Shown piece after piece: positions 1 to 10,259 of a stretch of 64,000 bases of DNA (position 1 is its first letter; every line of letters begins with the position of its first letter). The stretch spans positions 224,001 to 288,000 of the forward strand of contig CBDATR010000010.1 of assembly GCA_965200155.1 (NCBI GenBank), read 5' to 3'. This DNA comes from Nitrosopumilaceae archaeon. Its GTDB lineage: Archaea > Thermoproteota > Nitrososphaeria > Nitrososphaerales > Nitrosopumilaceae. The position numbers and the translations under genes were made by a program. The notes under the pieces are model-generated. The model had not been told where the DNA came from and did no database searches. It saw only the letters and a program-made list of their open reading frames with translations.

Positions 1-992
1 TCCTTTTTTATGCATACTACTGCATGCAACCAGTTGCACCCTCCCGAACTCAGCGTCACTGACTTTACATGAGGTATATCGCCTAGGGATACATCAATCT
101 TGGACTCCGCAGGCATGCCCATGAGTAGCCTATGCTCGCCATAACCTGACAGTATGTCATGAAATATTGGGTTATCCCGATGGTAGACATTCTCCACTTC
201 CAGAACCGGCTGATCCCGCGCGTGGTCATATGTTTGTAGCATCTCCACCATCCACTCCTTTCCTGTGACATCACACAGTATGCGGCCCTCTATTACAATC
301 TCGGAGTGTGCGGGTACCTCCAGTCCGCTCCAATGCAGTGTTGACATGACAAGATTGCCCCCCAGTATAGCGTTTGATATATTCATCTCCGGCTCGCCCC
401 ATGCAGCCTGGTATGCGCCAGCTACCAGTATGGCAGGATGCACACCTACTGATATGGCCACCCGTAGATCCTCGCCATGGTCCCGGGCATCAGTATAGCA
501 TCGATGTAGATGCCTCCCCTCAACCATGCGCATGGTAAAGCGGTACGGGCTCAGCGGCATCATTCGGTGGAATGATGTGTTCTGCGTCTTGGTTTGGGGA
601 TTTGCTGTAAACACCAGCGACGATGTAATGAATGGTCCGGACTCCTTCTCAAAATGTGTGACTATGGGCATATCCCCTATGTCATTGGAGTGGTTATCCA
701 TGAAGGCTCCCGGTTGTTTGGTTTGGGGCTTCCGGGAGCCGGTTATGGCCCTGTGCATAGTTTGATGAATATGTCCGGCATCAGTGCCAAGCGCCAATGC
801 AAAACGGCTGCGGGTTCCCAGCAGGTTGGAGACTATCATGTACTTGCTGCCGTCTACGTTCTCGAATAGTACGGCATTACCGTCTTGTGCACGGGCAGTT
901 ATCGCCGCCACCTCGTATACGGGAGACACAGAACGGCTAATGTGCATCACTTCCTGGTCTATCTCGTTCAGATACTCCCTAAGACCGATCAA
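1..992 (-). CDS. UbiD-family decarboxylase (possibly anhydromevalonate-phosphate decarboxylase), 3' end outside window
   Basis: Manual minus-strand translation from TTG at 992: MIGLREYLNEIDQEVMHISRSVSPVYEVAAI...SFHRMM...GGCNWLHAVVCIKK; absent from the ORF track because the stop lies outside the window. Confidence 0.8.
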   Translation of the reverse strand, partial: MIGLREYLNEIDQEVMHISRSVSPVYEVAAITARAQDGNAVLFENVDGSKYMIVSNLLGTRSRFALALGTDAGHIHQTMHRAITGSRKPQTKQPGAFMDNHSNDIGDMPIVTHFEKESGPFITSSLVFTANPQTKTQNTSFHRMMPLSPYRFTMRMVEGRHLHRCYTDARDHGEDLRVAISVGVHPAILVAGAYQAAWGEPEMNISNAILGGNLVMSTLHWSGLEVPAHSEIVIEGRILCDVTGKEWMVEMLQTYDHARDQPVLEVENVYHRDNPIFHDILSGYGEHRLLMGMPAESKIDVSLGDIPHVKSVTLSSGGCNWLHAVVCIKK

Positions 993-1202
993 AATGACAT
1001 CACTCCAGATACTACTGGACGCCTTGTAATTATATCATCAGGTGCAAGCGAATGGTTGTGAGTCCTCGAGGTTGGCGCAAAACAGAACCGCGAGGATTGA
1101 CCGGAAACTTGTATTTTTTTAGTGCACCAGACATGGTTTTTCCGTAAGCGACATGACTGGAATATCATGCCGTTAATATGCAGGACATCATACCGGCAGT
1201 AT

Positions 1203-1676
1203 ATGACAGAGCCCGCAGAGAAGATAAAGAATGTGATAAAGGTTCTGTACGGGACCGGAGTTGCACGATACGTACCCAAGGATATTCGGTTCGAATACTC
1301 CAGAACGGGCAGGATTCGAAGCGTGTACAAGGACACGACGCTATTATGTACGCTGAGGCCTGACGGGGGCCTGGCACTTGGCATACCGCTCGCCCAGATG
1401 TTGCTTAGTAGCTCGCGCTTTTTGGAGTCCTGCGTAGAGATAAGTGCAGATGCAGTTCCTTTTGTTAAGGAGGGACGTAGCGTCTTTGCCAAACACGTAG
1501 TCAGATGTGGCAGTAATGTTGCAGTATCTGCAGATACGCCGGTCATATACCAAGGCAGGGTGATTGCCATAGGCAGGGCCGTACTCGGCGCCAGTATGCT
1601 AGCAGGATGCAGTAGGGGAGTGGCCATACGTGTTCGTAAGGGCTTAAAAGGAAGAGAGGTAATGCCAGAGACATGA
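1203..1676 (+). CDS. PUA-domain RNA-binding protein (archaeosine TGT C-terminal-like)
   Basis: SRTGRIRSV...LRPDGG and PFVKEGRSVFAKHV...GVAIRVRKG PUA motifs; start placed at ATG 1203. Confidence 0.8.
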   Translation: MTEPAEKIKNVIKVLYGTGVARYVPKDIRFEYSRTGRIRSVYKDTTLLCTLRPDGGLALGIPLAQMLLSSSRFLESCVEISADAVPFVKEGRSVFAKHVVRCGSNVAVSADTPVIYQGRVIAIGRAVLGASMLAGCSRGVAIRVRKGLKGREVMPET

Positions 1677-2017
1677 TGCGCGGAAGGAGAGGGCGCGACG
1701 TGCGTCGCAGGATGGACAAGATGGGCATGGATATGACCAATATAGACGACGTAAGGGAGGTAATCATACGCACAGAGTCCAAGGAGTATGTAATTACAAA
1801 TCCGGCAGTGAATCGAATGGATAACAAGGAGAGTACAATATTCATGGTAACCGCCAATGGATACGAGGAGAGAGAACCGGAGGTACCCACATATCCGGAG
1901 GAAGATATAGAGATGATATGTATGAGAGCCAACGTCGACAGGGATGCAGCCATATCGGCACTGACAGAGTCTGACGGGGAGCTGGCTACGGCATTATTGC
2001 GGCTCCAGTCCAGCTGA
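1673..2017 (+). CDS. nac: Nascent polypeptide-associated complex protein
   Basis: RRMDKMGMDM...VREVIIRT NAC domain, C-terminal UBA-like EEDIEMI...GELATALLRL. Confidence 0.9.
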   Translation: MMRGRRGRDVRRRMDKMGMDMTNIDDVREVIIRTESKEYVITNPAVNRMDNKESTIFMVTANGYEEREPEVPTYPEEDIEMICMRANVDRDAAISALTESDGELATALLRLQSS

Positions 2018-2050
2018 ATGATTTAATTAGCGGCGCGCCGCACATGGTCC

Positions 2051-2389
2051 TTGATGATGTCAGAGTCAAAGGTAAGTAGTATCATGGTCGCGCTCAGGGA
2101 TCTTGAGAATGACATGGACTCGCTTAACTCCACGGTTGCAGATATGAAGCGTCAGATGACCATACAAGTACAGAAAGAGACGGATGAATTATACGAAAAG
2201 ACCCGAGAGATGGCCAACAAACAGGCAGAGAAGATAATAGAGGAGGCTCGCGCCAAAGCCAAGGACCAAGCCGCCAAGATCACCCAGGAAGCCGAGACCC
2301 GCCTGAGCACTATTAGTACCAAGATAGACGCGGGTTTTGAAGATGCGGTGTATATTGTTCTTGAGAGCATACTAAAGCCCGGCCAGTGA
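2051..2389 (+). CDS. Coiled-coil protein, probably A/V-type ATP synthase subunit H/G-like
   Basis: ANKQAEKIIEEARAKAKDQAAKI...FEDAVYIVLESIL pattern. Confidence 0.6.
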   Translation: MMMSESKVSSIMVALRDLENDMDSLNSTVADMKRQMTIQVQKETDELYEKTREMANKQAEKIIEEARAKAKDQAAKITQEAETRLSTISTKIDAGFEDAVYIVLESILKPGQ

Positions 2390-2511
2390 TATTGAACGTG
2401 TGAGATGCGCGTTTTACCCAATCATTGTAATTAAAGGCATAAAGTATGATTCAGACCGCCGGATGACTCAGCGTGTATTTGACTATGCATTGCCACGGCA
2501 GCAAAAGCGTA

Positions 2512-3780
2512 TCACTCCCATCCATGCCACATTTTGGGATCTCGCGTTACTTCAGAGTTGGTCTTGGACTTGCCCACACCTATAGTTGTTATTATAACTG
2601 ATACCATTATGATAAAGAATACTATCTGGGAGTATACGGCACCATTCTCTAATCCCAGCGTAATGGGAAAGGTTGCCAGGACAGCCGCGGCCAGACCACG
2701 GGGAATCATGGTCTGAGTCACCCTTTTGTCCAGATCAGTGAACTTGGTAGTCATTGTGGCCTTGACTATAAGTGACCGGCCAAAGTATATGGCAACGGTA
2801 ATCAGTATGGCAAAGACAATGTACTCCAGCCTGCCCAGGGTGGCCATCAGCCCGACAAAGACAAAGAAGAATGAGCGAACTAAGAATGTGAGCTGGTTAT
2901 GGGTGGGATCATCATGCTCTATGTCACGCAGTTTGAGCCGAAGCCATTTGGAGAGCTGTCGCTTATTGCCAAGCATTAGGCCAAAGACCAATGCAGTCAG
3001 GGCGCCGGACTCGCCCAATGTTTGTGCCAAGAAGAACAGTACGAACAGTATGGCCAACGTAAGCATGTAGACATGCTGGGTGTTGGCCAGACGGGTAGTT
3101 ATGTAAAGCCATGGTATTCCAACTCCCAGGCCCAGAACCAGGCCCACCAGAACGGCGCGGCCCATCATGTTCCCCAGCGTGTCCATATCCAGGCCACCCT
3201 GCAGTACCGCCTCAAACATTATGAACGCCACTATGGTGGCAAGTATGTCGGTAAGGGCTGATTCAAAGTTGAGTACGGACTTGGCATCCTGGGACAGTTC
3301 AAGATTGCGAACCAGTCCAAATACAATTGCAGAGCTGCTTCCGCCTACAATTGAGCCCAGCAATATACTCTCCAGCAGACCCCATCCTAGAATGTAGTGT
3401 GCCCCCGCGGCCACCAACACTACAGATATCACAAAGCCGCCAACCACCAACGCGGCGGTAACATGAATTGTGTGGCCCAGGCGCCGCAAATCTGTTCCCA
3501 ACCCTCCATCAAACATGATAATTATCAGGGCCAGTGCGGCAAAGTAGGGGACTATCTCCAATACTGCCTGAATCTTGACTATTCCCAGTACCGGACCCAG
3601 TACCACGCCCAGTAGCATCAAGAATACCACTTCCGGAATGCCCGTCTTTCGAAAGAATGCCTCACCCATCACTCCCGCAAATATTACCACGCCCGCGGCC
3701 AGGAACAGTACGTGAACTGCAGCTATTGGTACATCAGGAATACCAAGGACAGATATATACGAGGATAACTCCGCATTCAT
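2512..3780 (-). CDS. Cation:proton antiporter (NhaP/CPA1)
   Basis: Many TM helices, FESALTD and PRGLAAAVLA motifs; start trimmed to ATG 3780. Confidence 0.9.
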   Translation of the reverse strand: MNAELSSYISVLGIPDVPIAAVHVLFLAAGVVIFAGVMGEAFFRKTGIPEVVFLMLLGVVLGPVLGIVKIQAVLEIVPYFAALALIIIMFDGGLGTDLRRLGHTIHVTAALVVGGFVISVVLVAAGAHYILGWGLLESILLGSIVGGSSSAIVFGLVRNLELSQDAKSVLNFESALTDILATIVAFIMFEAVLQGGLDMDTLGNMMGRAVLVGLVLGLGVGIPWLYITTRLANTQHVYMLTLAILFVLFFLAQTLGESGALTALVFGLMLGNKRQLSKWLRLKLRDIEHDDPTHNQLTFLVRSFFFVFVGLMATLGRLEYIVFAILITVAIYFGRSLIVKATMTTKFTDLDKRVTQTMIPRGLAAAVLATFPITLGLENGAVYSQIVFFIIMVSVIITTIGVGKSKTNSEVTRDPKMWHGWE

Positions 3781-4119
3781 TCGACCCACCCAATCGGAGA
3801 CGGACTCGTTCAGCGGTGCTAACACACCCAAATTCTCCTCCAAGTAACTTAGGACAAAAAGTAATTGTGGGTGCATTAGCATGTATGGTAAAAAATGTAT
3901 TAAACCGACTTGGTGCATTAATTTCTCCCCGGCGCGGGTATCCGTCACATCTTGCGCCTTACTGGCATGCCGTAAATGACTCCACCCGACAATAGTGCAG
4001 CCCCCTATTATGAAATAATATCATGTGTGGAATCGCGGTGTTGTATGCAGGGGGGCAACTGTTGTGTTCAATCAGGCATTACAAGAGTGGATGCACAAAG
4101 ATAGGCTGTTGTAAAATAG

Positions 4120-4191
4120 TGGACCGGGGGGGATTTGAACCCCCGACATCCACGTTGCGAACGTGGCGTTATACCCCTAAACCACCGGCCC
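4120..4191 (-). tRNA. tRNA-Ala(CGC)
   Basis: GGGCCGG acceptor, anticodon arm CCACG-TTCGCAA-CGTGG, GGTTCAAATCC T-arm. Confidence 0.95.
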
Positions 4192-4263
4192 TCTCACTCG
4201 TAAATTATCTACCTTTATTTATTCGCAAAACCTCCAAAACATCATTCCCATGGCGAGGGCATC

Positions 4264-5658
4264 ATGACAGTAGATATGGTGATAGTAGATTCTCATGTGG
4301 TATTCCCACAGGGCATAGTCGACAAGAATATAGTAATAGACGAGGGAAGAATAGTCGGTCTTACTACAGATGTTCCCGCATGTGACCAAAAGGTGCGGGG
4401 GGATGGTTTGCTGTCAGTACCCGGTCCCATTGATCCCCATGTTCATTATGGCGTATATTCTTCCATAGACAAGGCAGCGGAGACGGAATCACACGCAGCT
4501 GCCATTGGAGGCATTACTACCATGATGCGAATGATGAGGTTGTGGGAACCATTCTCATCAGGACTTCAGCGCCAACTTGATGCCTCGGCCAACACGCACT
4601 ACATAGACTATACTGCACATGCGTCAATCTTCACACACCGGCAAATATCCGAGATGGAATACTGTGCAGAGAGAGGGGTGGCATCCTTCAAGATATACAT
4701 GAATCTGGGCGGCGAAATAGGACATGTCTATATGGATATGCCACCATATTCCACCGAACTTTGTGAAGATAGTGTAGATGTGACCGATGATATAGTGGAG
4801 GAGACTATTAGGGTAGCCGCGAATATGGGTTGCCCCGTATTAATTCATGCAGAGGACTATGAATCATGCGAGTGTGGCATGAAGGAGGCCAAAAAAGAGA
4901 AGCAAGACGGACTGGCTGCGTGGTCCAAGAGCAGGGATCCCCATTATGAGGCAAAGGCAATAAAAAAGGCATGCCGGTTTGGACGCAAATATGGCTGCGT
5001 GCTATACTTTGTGCACATAGGATCCCAAGTTGCACTGGACCAGATCATGGCAGAGCGCCAATTGGGGACAAGCATACGCGTGGAGAGTTGCCCGCACTAC
5101 ATGGTACTCTCCCATGAAAACAGAAACGATCATCTGGCCAAGGTGATGCCACCCATACGTGCCAATTCCGATAATAATTCGGTCTGGAGTGCAGTGAGCC
5201 AGAATCGTATAGATACCATAGGTACAGACCATGTTGCCAACCGACTGGCACGAAAAGTGGGCTCTGATGTCTGGACATCGTTGGCCGGGTTTCCGGGGAT
5301 TGGGACGATGATCCCAATCCTGCTAAGCGAGGGCGTAAATCGTAACAGAATATCCCTAGAGCAGTTCATCAGGTTGACCAGTGTAAATACGGCAAAGATC
5401 TTCTCCATGTATCCAAAAAAAGGATCATTGGAGGCAGGTACGGACGCAGACATATCCATGCTAGACCTGAAACTGGAGCGAACAGTCACAGCAGATATGT
5501 TCGGAGGGTTCTCTGATTATTCTCCGTATGAGGAATTGTGTCTGCGCGGTTGGCCAGTAAGAACTATTGTGCGAGGGTCTGTGATTGCCGAAGATTTTTC
5601 CGTGGTGGGGAAACGGGGTCACGGAAAATTAGTGTCAAGACCGGATACATGTATATGA
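4264..5658 (+). CDS. Cyclic amidohydrolase (dihydroorotase/hydantoinase/allantoinase family)
   Basis: PGPIDPHVH, GGITT, HAED, ESCPHY, GTDH, KKGSLEAGTDADI motifs. Confidence 0.9.
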   Translation: MTVDMVIVDSHVVFPQGIVDKNIVIDEGRIVGLTTDVPACDQKVRGDGLLSVPGPIDPHVHYGVYSSIDKAAETESHAAAIGGITTMMRMMRLWEPFSSGLQRQLDASANTHYIDYTAHASIFTHRQISEMEYCAERGVASFKIYMNLGGEIGHVYMDMPPYSTELCEDSVDVTDDIVEETIRVAANMGCPVLIHAEDYESCECGMKEAKKEKQDGLAAWSKSRDPHYEAKAIKKACRFGRKYGCVLYFVHIGSQVALDQIMAERQLGTSIRVESCPHYMVLSHENRNDHLAKVMPPIRANSDNNSVWSAVSQNRIDTIGTDHVANRLARKVGSDVWTSLAGFPGIGTMIPILLSEGVNRNRISLEQFIRLTSVNTAKIFSMYPKKGSLEAGTDADISMLDLKLERTVTADMFGGFSDYSPYEELCLRGWPVRTIVRGSVIAEDFSVVGKRGHGKLVSRPDTCI

Positions 5659-5715
5659 AATACAAAGACGGTATTGACAGGGGAAACGGGGTCACGGAAA
5701 ATTAGTGTCAAGACC
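5607..5715. repeat. 36-bp direct repeat flanking a 37-bp unique insert (unit 1)
   Basis: GGGGAAACGGGGTCACGGAAAATTAGTGTCAAGACC at 5607-5642 and 5680-5715. Confidence 0.95.
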
Positions 5716-5730
5716 TCTACCCACGAATAG

Positions 5731-5909
5731 GTATGAGTTCACGTGTTTTGATCACATAATATGATAGAATGCATCCCAGTTTTTTAATTATAATTGCATT
5801 CTGGCAGCAACCTCGTTCATTACAGAAAGGCCCTGAGCCCTCCATGTCTGAACACATGTGGACATGCGGCGCATGGCCCTTTCACCACCCTTTATCTGGT
5901 CACTAATTT
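5731..5909 (-). mobile_element. Remnant end of the IS66-family element
   Basis: Matches 42122-~42310 (TIR GTATGAGTTCACGTGTTTTGATCA plus transposase 3' end); truncated by a MITE. Confidence 0.9.
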
Positions 5910-6010
5910 GTATGAGTTCACCTGTGTCTAAATTTACGCATAACTGATGGAACAGGTTGTTCTAGTTAATGTGATTTGTGCATAAGATTCCGGAAGACGT
6001 GAACTCATAC
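5910..6010 (+). mobile_element. MITE-1, 101-bp variant, no TSD
   Basis: TIR GTATGAGTTCAC/GTGAACTCATAC. Confidence 0.95.
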
Positions 6011-6171
6011 ATGGAATTATACTAGTTGCTGTAATTATTTAGATTAGATATTATAATATCGTCATATGTCAGCCAGCGCTATATGATCCTGCATGCCGTC
6101 TGGGACTGTAAATCCCGCATAACGGAGTAAAATACATCCGGGCTATTTGTGGGAGGAACATTACAGAATTA

Positions 6172-6846
6172 TCATGGATACAGTATCTCAAAACAGCCGT
6201 CTTGTTGCATTTTGTACAGTATATCAGGTTTGTTAAATATTCCCACCTCCAATACTCCAGGAAGTTGTCTTATGTCTGCCCCCACTGCTGAAGGATTATC
6301 CACTGTGCCAAAATCACAATCTAGTATTATGTTACCATTCTCGGTAAACATTGGATAACCACGGTCCAGTACGCGTATTTTGGAATGGATATCCACATTT
6401 TCTAAAAGCAAAGATATGGAACTTCTGGCGGCAGGGTGAATTTCTACGGGAATTGGCATACATAATTTATTAACAAACTTTGTTTCATCTGCCATAATTA
6501 TTACCATATCAGACATGCTTGCCAGTATATTCTCTCGAAGCAGGGCACCACCACCGCCTTTTACCATATATCCATCACAGTCTATCTGATCCGCCCCGTC
6601 AAATGTAATATCAATATGAGAGACCATTCCCGGCTCCACAAGATCTATACCCACTTCTTGGGCAATCTCCCTTATTTGCAGTGATGTTGGAACTCCGCGT
6701 ATACGTAAATCAGGACCTGTAACGTTGCCCAGCTCTTTTACCAGAGCGGCCGCAGCCCGACCGCTGCCTAGACCGATCACATGATCTTTGCGTACAAACT
6801 TTAGCGCATCGGTTGTTACATTTTCAATTGATTTTTTATAAGACAT
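6172..6846 (-). CDS. rpiA: Ribose-5-phosphate isomerase A
   Basis: IGLGSG, DGADQ, KGGGGALLRE, TENGN, PGVLEVGIF. Confidence 0.95.
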   Translation of the reverse strand: MSYKKSIENVTTDALKFVRKDHVIGLGSGRAAAALVKELGNVTGPDLRIRGVPTSLQIREIAQEVGIDLVEPGMVSHIDITFDGADQIDCDGYMVKGGGGALLRENILASMSDMVIIMADETKFVNKLCMPIPVEIHPAARSSISLLLENVDIHSKIRVLDRGYPMFTENGNIILDCDFGTVDNPSAVGADIRQLPGVLEVGIFNKPDILYKMQQDGCFEILYP

Positions 6847-7631
6847 TATGATTCTGCACGATCTAATTTAGATATTGTATCTTTAATGTCTTTCATAATT
6901 TTTTCAAAGTTATCATCATCTAAGTCTGCATCAGATAGGGTACCTTCCTCTGTACCAATAGATTCAGATTTTGTTGTTTGTTGCCTGTATTCACCGGTGA
7001 CATCGGCTGTTGGTATTTCTTCTGGGGGTTGACTTGTTGTATTCAATACGCTCTCCTTTGTAGCAGGGGGTGTGGCCGGAGTGGTTGTTTGTGTGGGATC
7101 AACAACAGATGGTGTGGCCGGGGTCGCGGTTTTCTGGGATACAGATTCGGTGGCCGGGGGGGTAGTCGGAGTGGTTGTTTGTGTGGGATCCGTGATTGTG
7201 GTATCTCTTGTAGCCGGTGCCACACTAGTGGTACTGTCAGGCTCTGTAACAACGGGAACTGATTTACCGTTCCCTACAGAATTCACTCGTGTCCTAGAAC
7301 GAGATTTGTCATTTTTTATGGCTGGCTCTGGCGCGGCATTCTCAGCCGGTTGCGCATTTGCATTCCTGTCCCTCGACCGCCATAATTGCGGTCTCTCTCT
7401 AGATGCAGTGCGCCCCTCCAGTTGCGCATCTACATTCTGTAGCCGTTTTCTGTATTCTGCCAGTAATCGTTCGTCATAGGTTTTCGTATCTTTTAGTACG
7501 GATATACTGCTAAGAAGCAGGCGCCGCTCCCCTTGAAGTTGTCTCTTTTTAGAGGACGAACGATAATTTTTAAAAAAAGTAGCAGTTGCTATACCCGCCA
7601 CGGCACATGTGATTAGAATAGCTTCCTGCAT
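6846..7631 (-). CDS. Membrane-anchored Thr/Pro-rich hypothetical protein
   Basis: N-terminal TM, repeated DPTQTTTP(T/A)TPPAT, acidic C-terminus; packed between rpl37e and rpiA. Confidence 0.7.
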   Translation of the reverse strand: MQEAILITCAVAGIATATFFKNYRSSSKKRQLQGERRLLLSSISVLKDTKTYDERLLAEYRKRLQNVDAQLEGRTASRERPQLWRSRDRNANAQPAENAAPEPAIKNDKSRSRTRVNSVGNGKSVPVVTEPDSTTSVAPATRDTTITDPTQTTTPTTPPATESVSQKTATPATPSVVDPTQTTTPATPPATKESVLNTTSQPPEEIPTADVTGEYRQQTTKSESIGTEEGTLSDADLDDDNFEKIMKDIKDTISKLDRAES

Positions 7632-7799
7632 CTATGTGTACCACTTGATCCAAGAATACTTTCTTATCTTAGGATCAGGGAAGCCACAGCTAGCACACCT
7701 ATAGTGTCGCTTATGCAGTGAATTTTTACCGCATCGCCTACAACGTATGTGCGTCTTTTTTCTAGTAAGATTACCCTTGGAGGTTGTGCCTTTGACCAC
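7632..7799 (-). CDS. rpl37e: 50S ribosomal protein L37e
   Basis: Manual translation [55 protein letters not shown]; adjacent to the Sm gene. Confidence 0.95.
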   Translation of the reverse strand: MVKGTTSKGNLTRKKTHIRCRRCGKNSLHKRHYRCASCGFPDPKIRKYSWIKWYT

Positions 7800-7808
7800 G
7801 CTACTCAC

Positions 7809-8051
7809 CTAATTTGATGGTGGAGGAGATATCATGACCACGTTGTCGCCTCTAACTACAATAGTTCCCAAGTCGTTTGTTTTGCCATCAGCCGTGACCT
7901 CTTCAGAACCATTCAGCATCAAGTTCATGTGTTGGTCAAAGCCCAAGAGGCTACCACGGATGGTTTTGTTACCCTTGAGCTTGATCAAGACAACCTTGTT
8001 TATACTCTCATCTAGTACCTTTACTGCCATATCAACAGACATCACGCTCAC
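7809..8051 (-). CDS. Sm-like (Lsm) archaeal protein
   Basis: [16 protein letters not shown]...[12 protein letters not shown]. Confidence 0.95.
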   Translation of the reverse strand: MSVMSVDMAVKVLDESINKVVLIKLKGNKTIRGSLLGFDQHMNLMLNGSEEVTADGKTNDLGTIVVRGDNVVMISPPPSN

Positions 8052-8064
8052 TACTCCTGTTCCA

Positions 8065-8781
8065 CTATATTAAAATTTCATTGGGAGCGCCGTTGATTCT
8101 GCTTATGCATTCCTTACTCAAGTTCTCCACTATCTCTTGTAGTAGCGCACGACCATCTTGAGCAGTGGCAGGGCGGGGATCCCCCCAGATACCATTTCCG
8201 GTAGCCTCTGGAAAAGAGCTTGATGCCCGCTGCTTTATGTCACGCAACTCCGAGGGGGACATTCCGTCGGTGATCAGTCCCCTCTGAGCGCGTTTCATGT
8301 GCACCTTGTCCGATATGGTAAGCATCAGAGAAGTTTCCACAAATCCCGCATGATCAAAGCGACTCTTCATAAAGCGCCAGTACGACATGACATGTATAGC
8401 AGGATTTGATTTCTGCAACAAGGCAAATCGCCTTAGAGCATTTCCATTCCCATAATGGCCGTTTATCACGAATATGCTGCAAGCTCCGTTTTGCTGTAAT
8501 GATTCACACATATCACTCAAAAGACTGACTAGTGTAGTCTCTCGTATACTAACCTGAAAGAATGGTGCATGCTCAAATGACACGCCGGTAGTTATGGTTG
8601 GCAAGACCACGAATCTGTTATCCTTGCCTACGCCAGCAGCTACTGCGCCCACTACATCCGAGTCTGTTGAGACAGGTAGGTGCGGGCCATGCTGCTCTAT
8701 TGAGCCTACGGGAATTATAATCGCGACCCCAGACTCTATACTCTGTCTTATATCAGGATCAGTAGCAGTCCAGTTCATCAT
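8065..8781 (-). CDS. Creatininase-family protein
   Basis: [32 protein letters not shown]. Confidence 0.9.
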   Translation of the reverse strand: MMNWTATDPDIRQSIESGVAIIIPVGSIEQHGPHLPVSTDSDVVGAVAAGVGKDNRFVVLPTITTGVSFEHAPFFQVSIRETTLVSLLSDMCESLQQNGACSIFVINGHYGNGNALRRFALLQKSNPAIHVMSYWRFMKSRFDHAGFVETSLMLTISDKVHMKRAQRGLITDGMSPSELRDIKQRASSSFPEATGNGIWGDPRPATAQDGRALLQEIVENLSKECISRINGAPNEILI

Positions 8782-9614
8782 GCATCCTTAACATACACTT
8801 TTCTCCAGCGAACCTCCAGGCGGTTCTCGAGGTGTGTCTTTACAGCCTTGGTGAGTGTAACGGCCTCCAGTTCCTGCCCCTTGGACTTGATCATTGGCAG
8901 TGTATCATCAGGATTCACGGTAAAGGATTCCTGAAATATTATGGGTCCCTGATCTAGATTCTCCGTGACATAATGAGCCGTGACTCCAATTATCTTGGTT
9001 CCCCTTTCAAAGGCCTGTTGGTATGCATAGGCCCCGGGGAACGCAGGTAGTAAGGATGGATGTATATTGATTATACGCCGGGGATATCTCCAGACAAAGT
9101 TGGGCGTCAGTATGCGCATATACCTGGCCAGCACTATCAAGTCTACACCATACTTTGCACAGATAGTCAGTATCTTCTCCTCGGCCTTTTCCTGATTTCT
9201 ATCAGGTACAGTCACAAAGGGAATTCCCATCTTCCGTGCTCGATCCCCCAGTGTCTCCTCTGTGCCTATAATGACATTTATGCTCCCCTGAAGATGACCG
9301 GCGGTAGCCGATTCCAGCAGGGAGTCCAGACAATGGCTCTCCTTTGTAACCAGTATGGCAATCTTTCTCTCTCCTTGGGAGTGATAGATACTCACATCCA
9401 TCTCTTCCTGACTTGCCAGCTTCTGTAGACGCTCGCTGAAATCAGCTATGTTCACATCATGAAAGGAAGCCTCCATATACATGCCAAAGAGTCCCAGCAC
9501 GACGTTCTGGTTTATAGACTCTATGTTACCTCTTTCAGCAAAGACCAGATTGGTGAATGCTGCCACCACACCCTTTCTGTCCTTGCCTACAACGGTAATT
9601 CCTATCACTTGCAC
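8778..9614 (-). CDS. purU: Formyltetrahydrofolate deformylase
   Basis: N-terminal ACT domain; LARYMRIL, INIHPSLLPAF, LDQGPII. Confidence 0.93.
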   Translation of the reverse strand: MQVIGITVVGKDRKGVVAAFTNLVFAERGNIESINQNVVLGLFGMYMEASFHDVNIADFSERLQKLASQEEMDVSIYHSQGERKIAILVTKESHCLDSLLESATAGHLQGSINVIIGTEETLGDRARKMGIPFVTVPDRNQEKAEEKILTICAKYGVDLIVLARYMRILTPNFVWRYPRRIINIHPSLLPAFPGAYAYQQAFERGTKIIGVTAHYVTENLDQGPIIFQESFTVNPDDTLPMIKSKGQELEAVTLTKAVKTHLENRLEVRWRKVYVKDA

Positions 9615-9767
9615 GATATTTCAGCGATAATGACTTATTATTAATCTGAGGTACAACAGGTATTCTTTATGAACTGGCCAGATCAAAGACAATAGCGCGT
9701 TAATAATTGCGCGTATGTTCTCCGCGTATGGAGTAAGGTCTATAATATTTGATCACAAAGTAGTACG

Positions 9768-10259
9768 GTGGCCATTGAACAGGCACTTTTAACATGGACA
9801 CATCTTATTGCTGCATCAATATGGGTAGGCGGCTCCATATTTTTGGGGGTAGTACTCTCACCCATCCTTCGGCAGGTGATCCCAGACGTACCGGAACGGT
9901 TGCACCTAATGATAGTGGTAGGGAAGCGGTTTAACAAGATAGCAATACCATCCCTTGCAGTTCTGGTGGCAACAGGTATCTTTAGCTCCCAGGGCCTGCT
10001 GGCCAACCCGCAACTATTGCCAGCCTCAAGCTATGGCATATACCTTAGCATAAAGATGGTATTGGTTGCCCTGCTGGTTGTAGTATATCTCATACATGTA
10101 AGGCTGATTCGTGGCGATGTCGAGTCCAGAATAATGGCAGGAATGGATCCCAAACAGCTGAAGAGGTTGCGAAAGCAGATAATCATTCTGGGAGAGATTA
10201 CCGTGGCGCTCTCGGTGGCCATTCTCTTCCTGGCGGCGCTTCTTGATGCCGGGGCATAA
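9768..10259 (+). CDS. CopD-like membrane protein
   Basis: HLIAASIWVGG motif, 4 TM segments. Confidence 0.75.
   Translation: MAIEQALLTWTHLIAASIWVGGSIFLGVVLSPILRQVIPDVPERLHLMIVVGKRFNKIAIPSLAVLVATGIFSSQGLLANPQLLPASSYGIYLSIKMVLVALLVVVYLIHVRLIRGDVESRIMAGMDPKQLKRLRKQIIILGEITVALSVAILFLAALLDAGA

Noticed and set aside
989-1627. Long antisense or shadow ORFs (e.g. 989-1627, 24530-25366, 32807-33310)
   Set aside because: They overlap well-supported genes on the opposite strand and have no recognisable motifs.
7066-7190. 35-bp repeat pair as another 73-bp unit
   Set aside because: Period is 90 bp, in frame, within low-complexity coding repeats.
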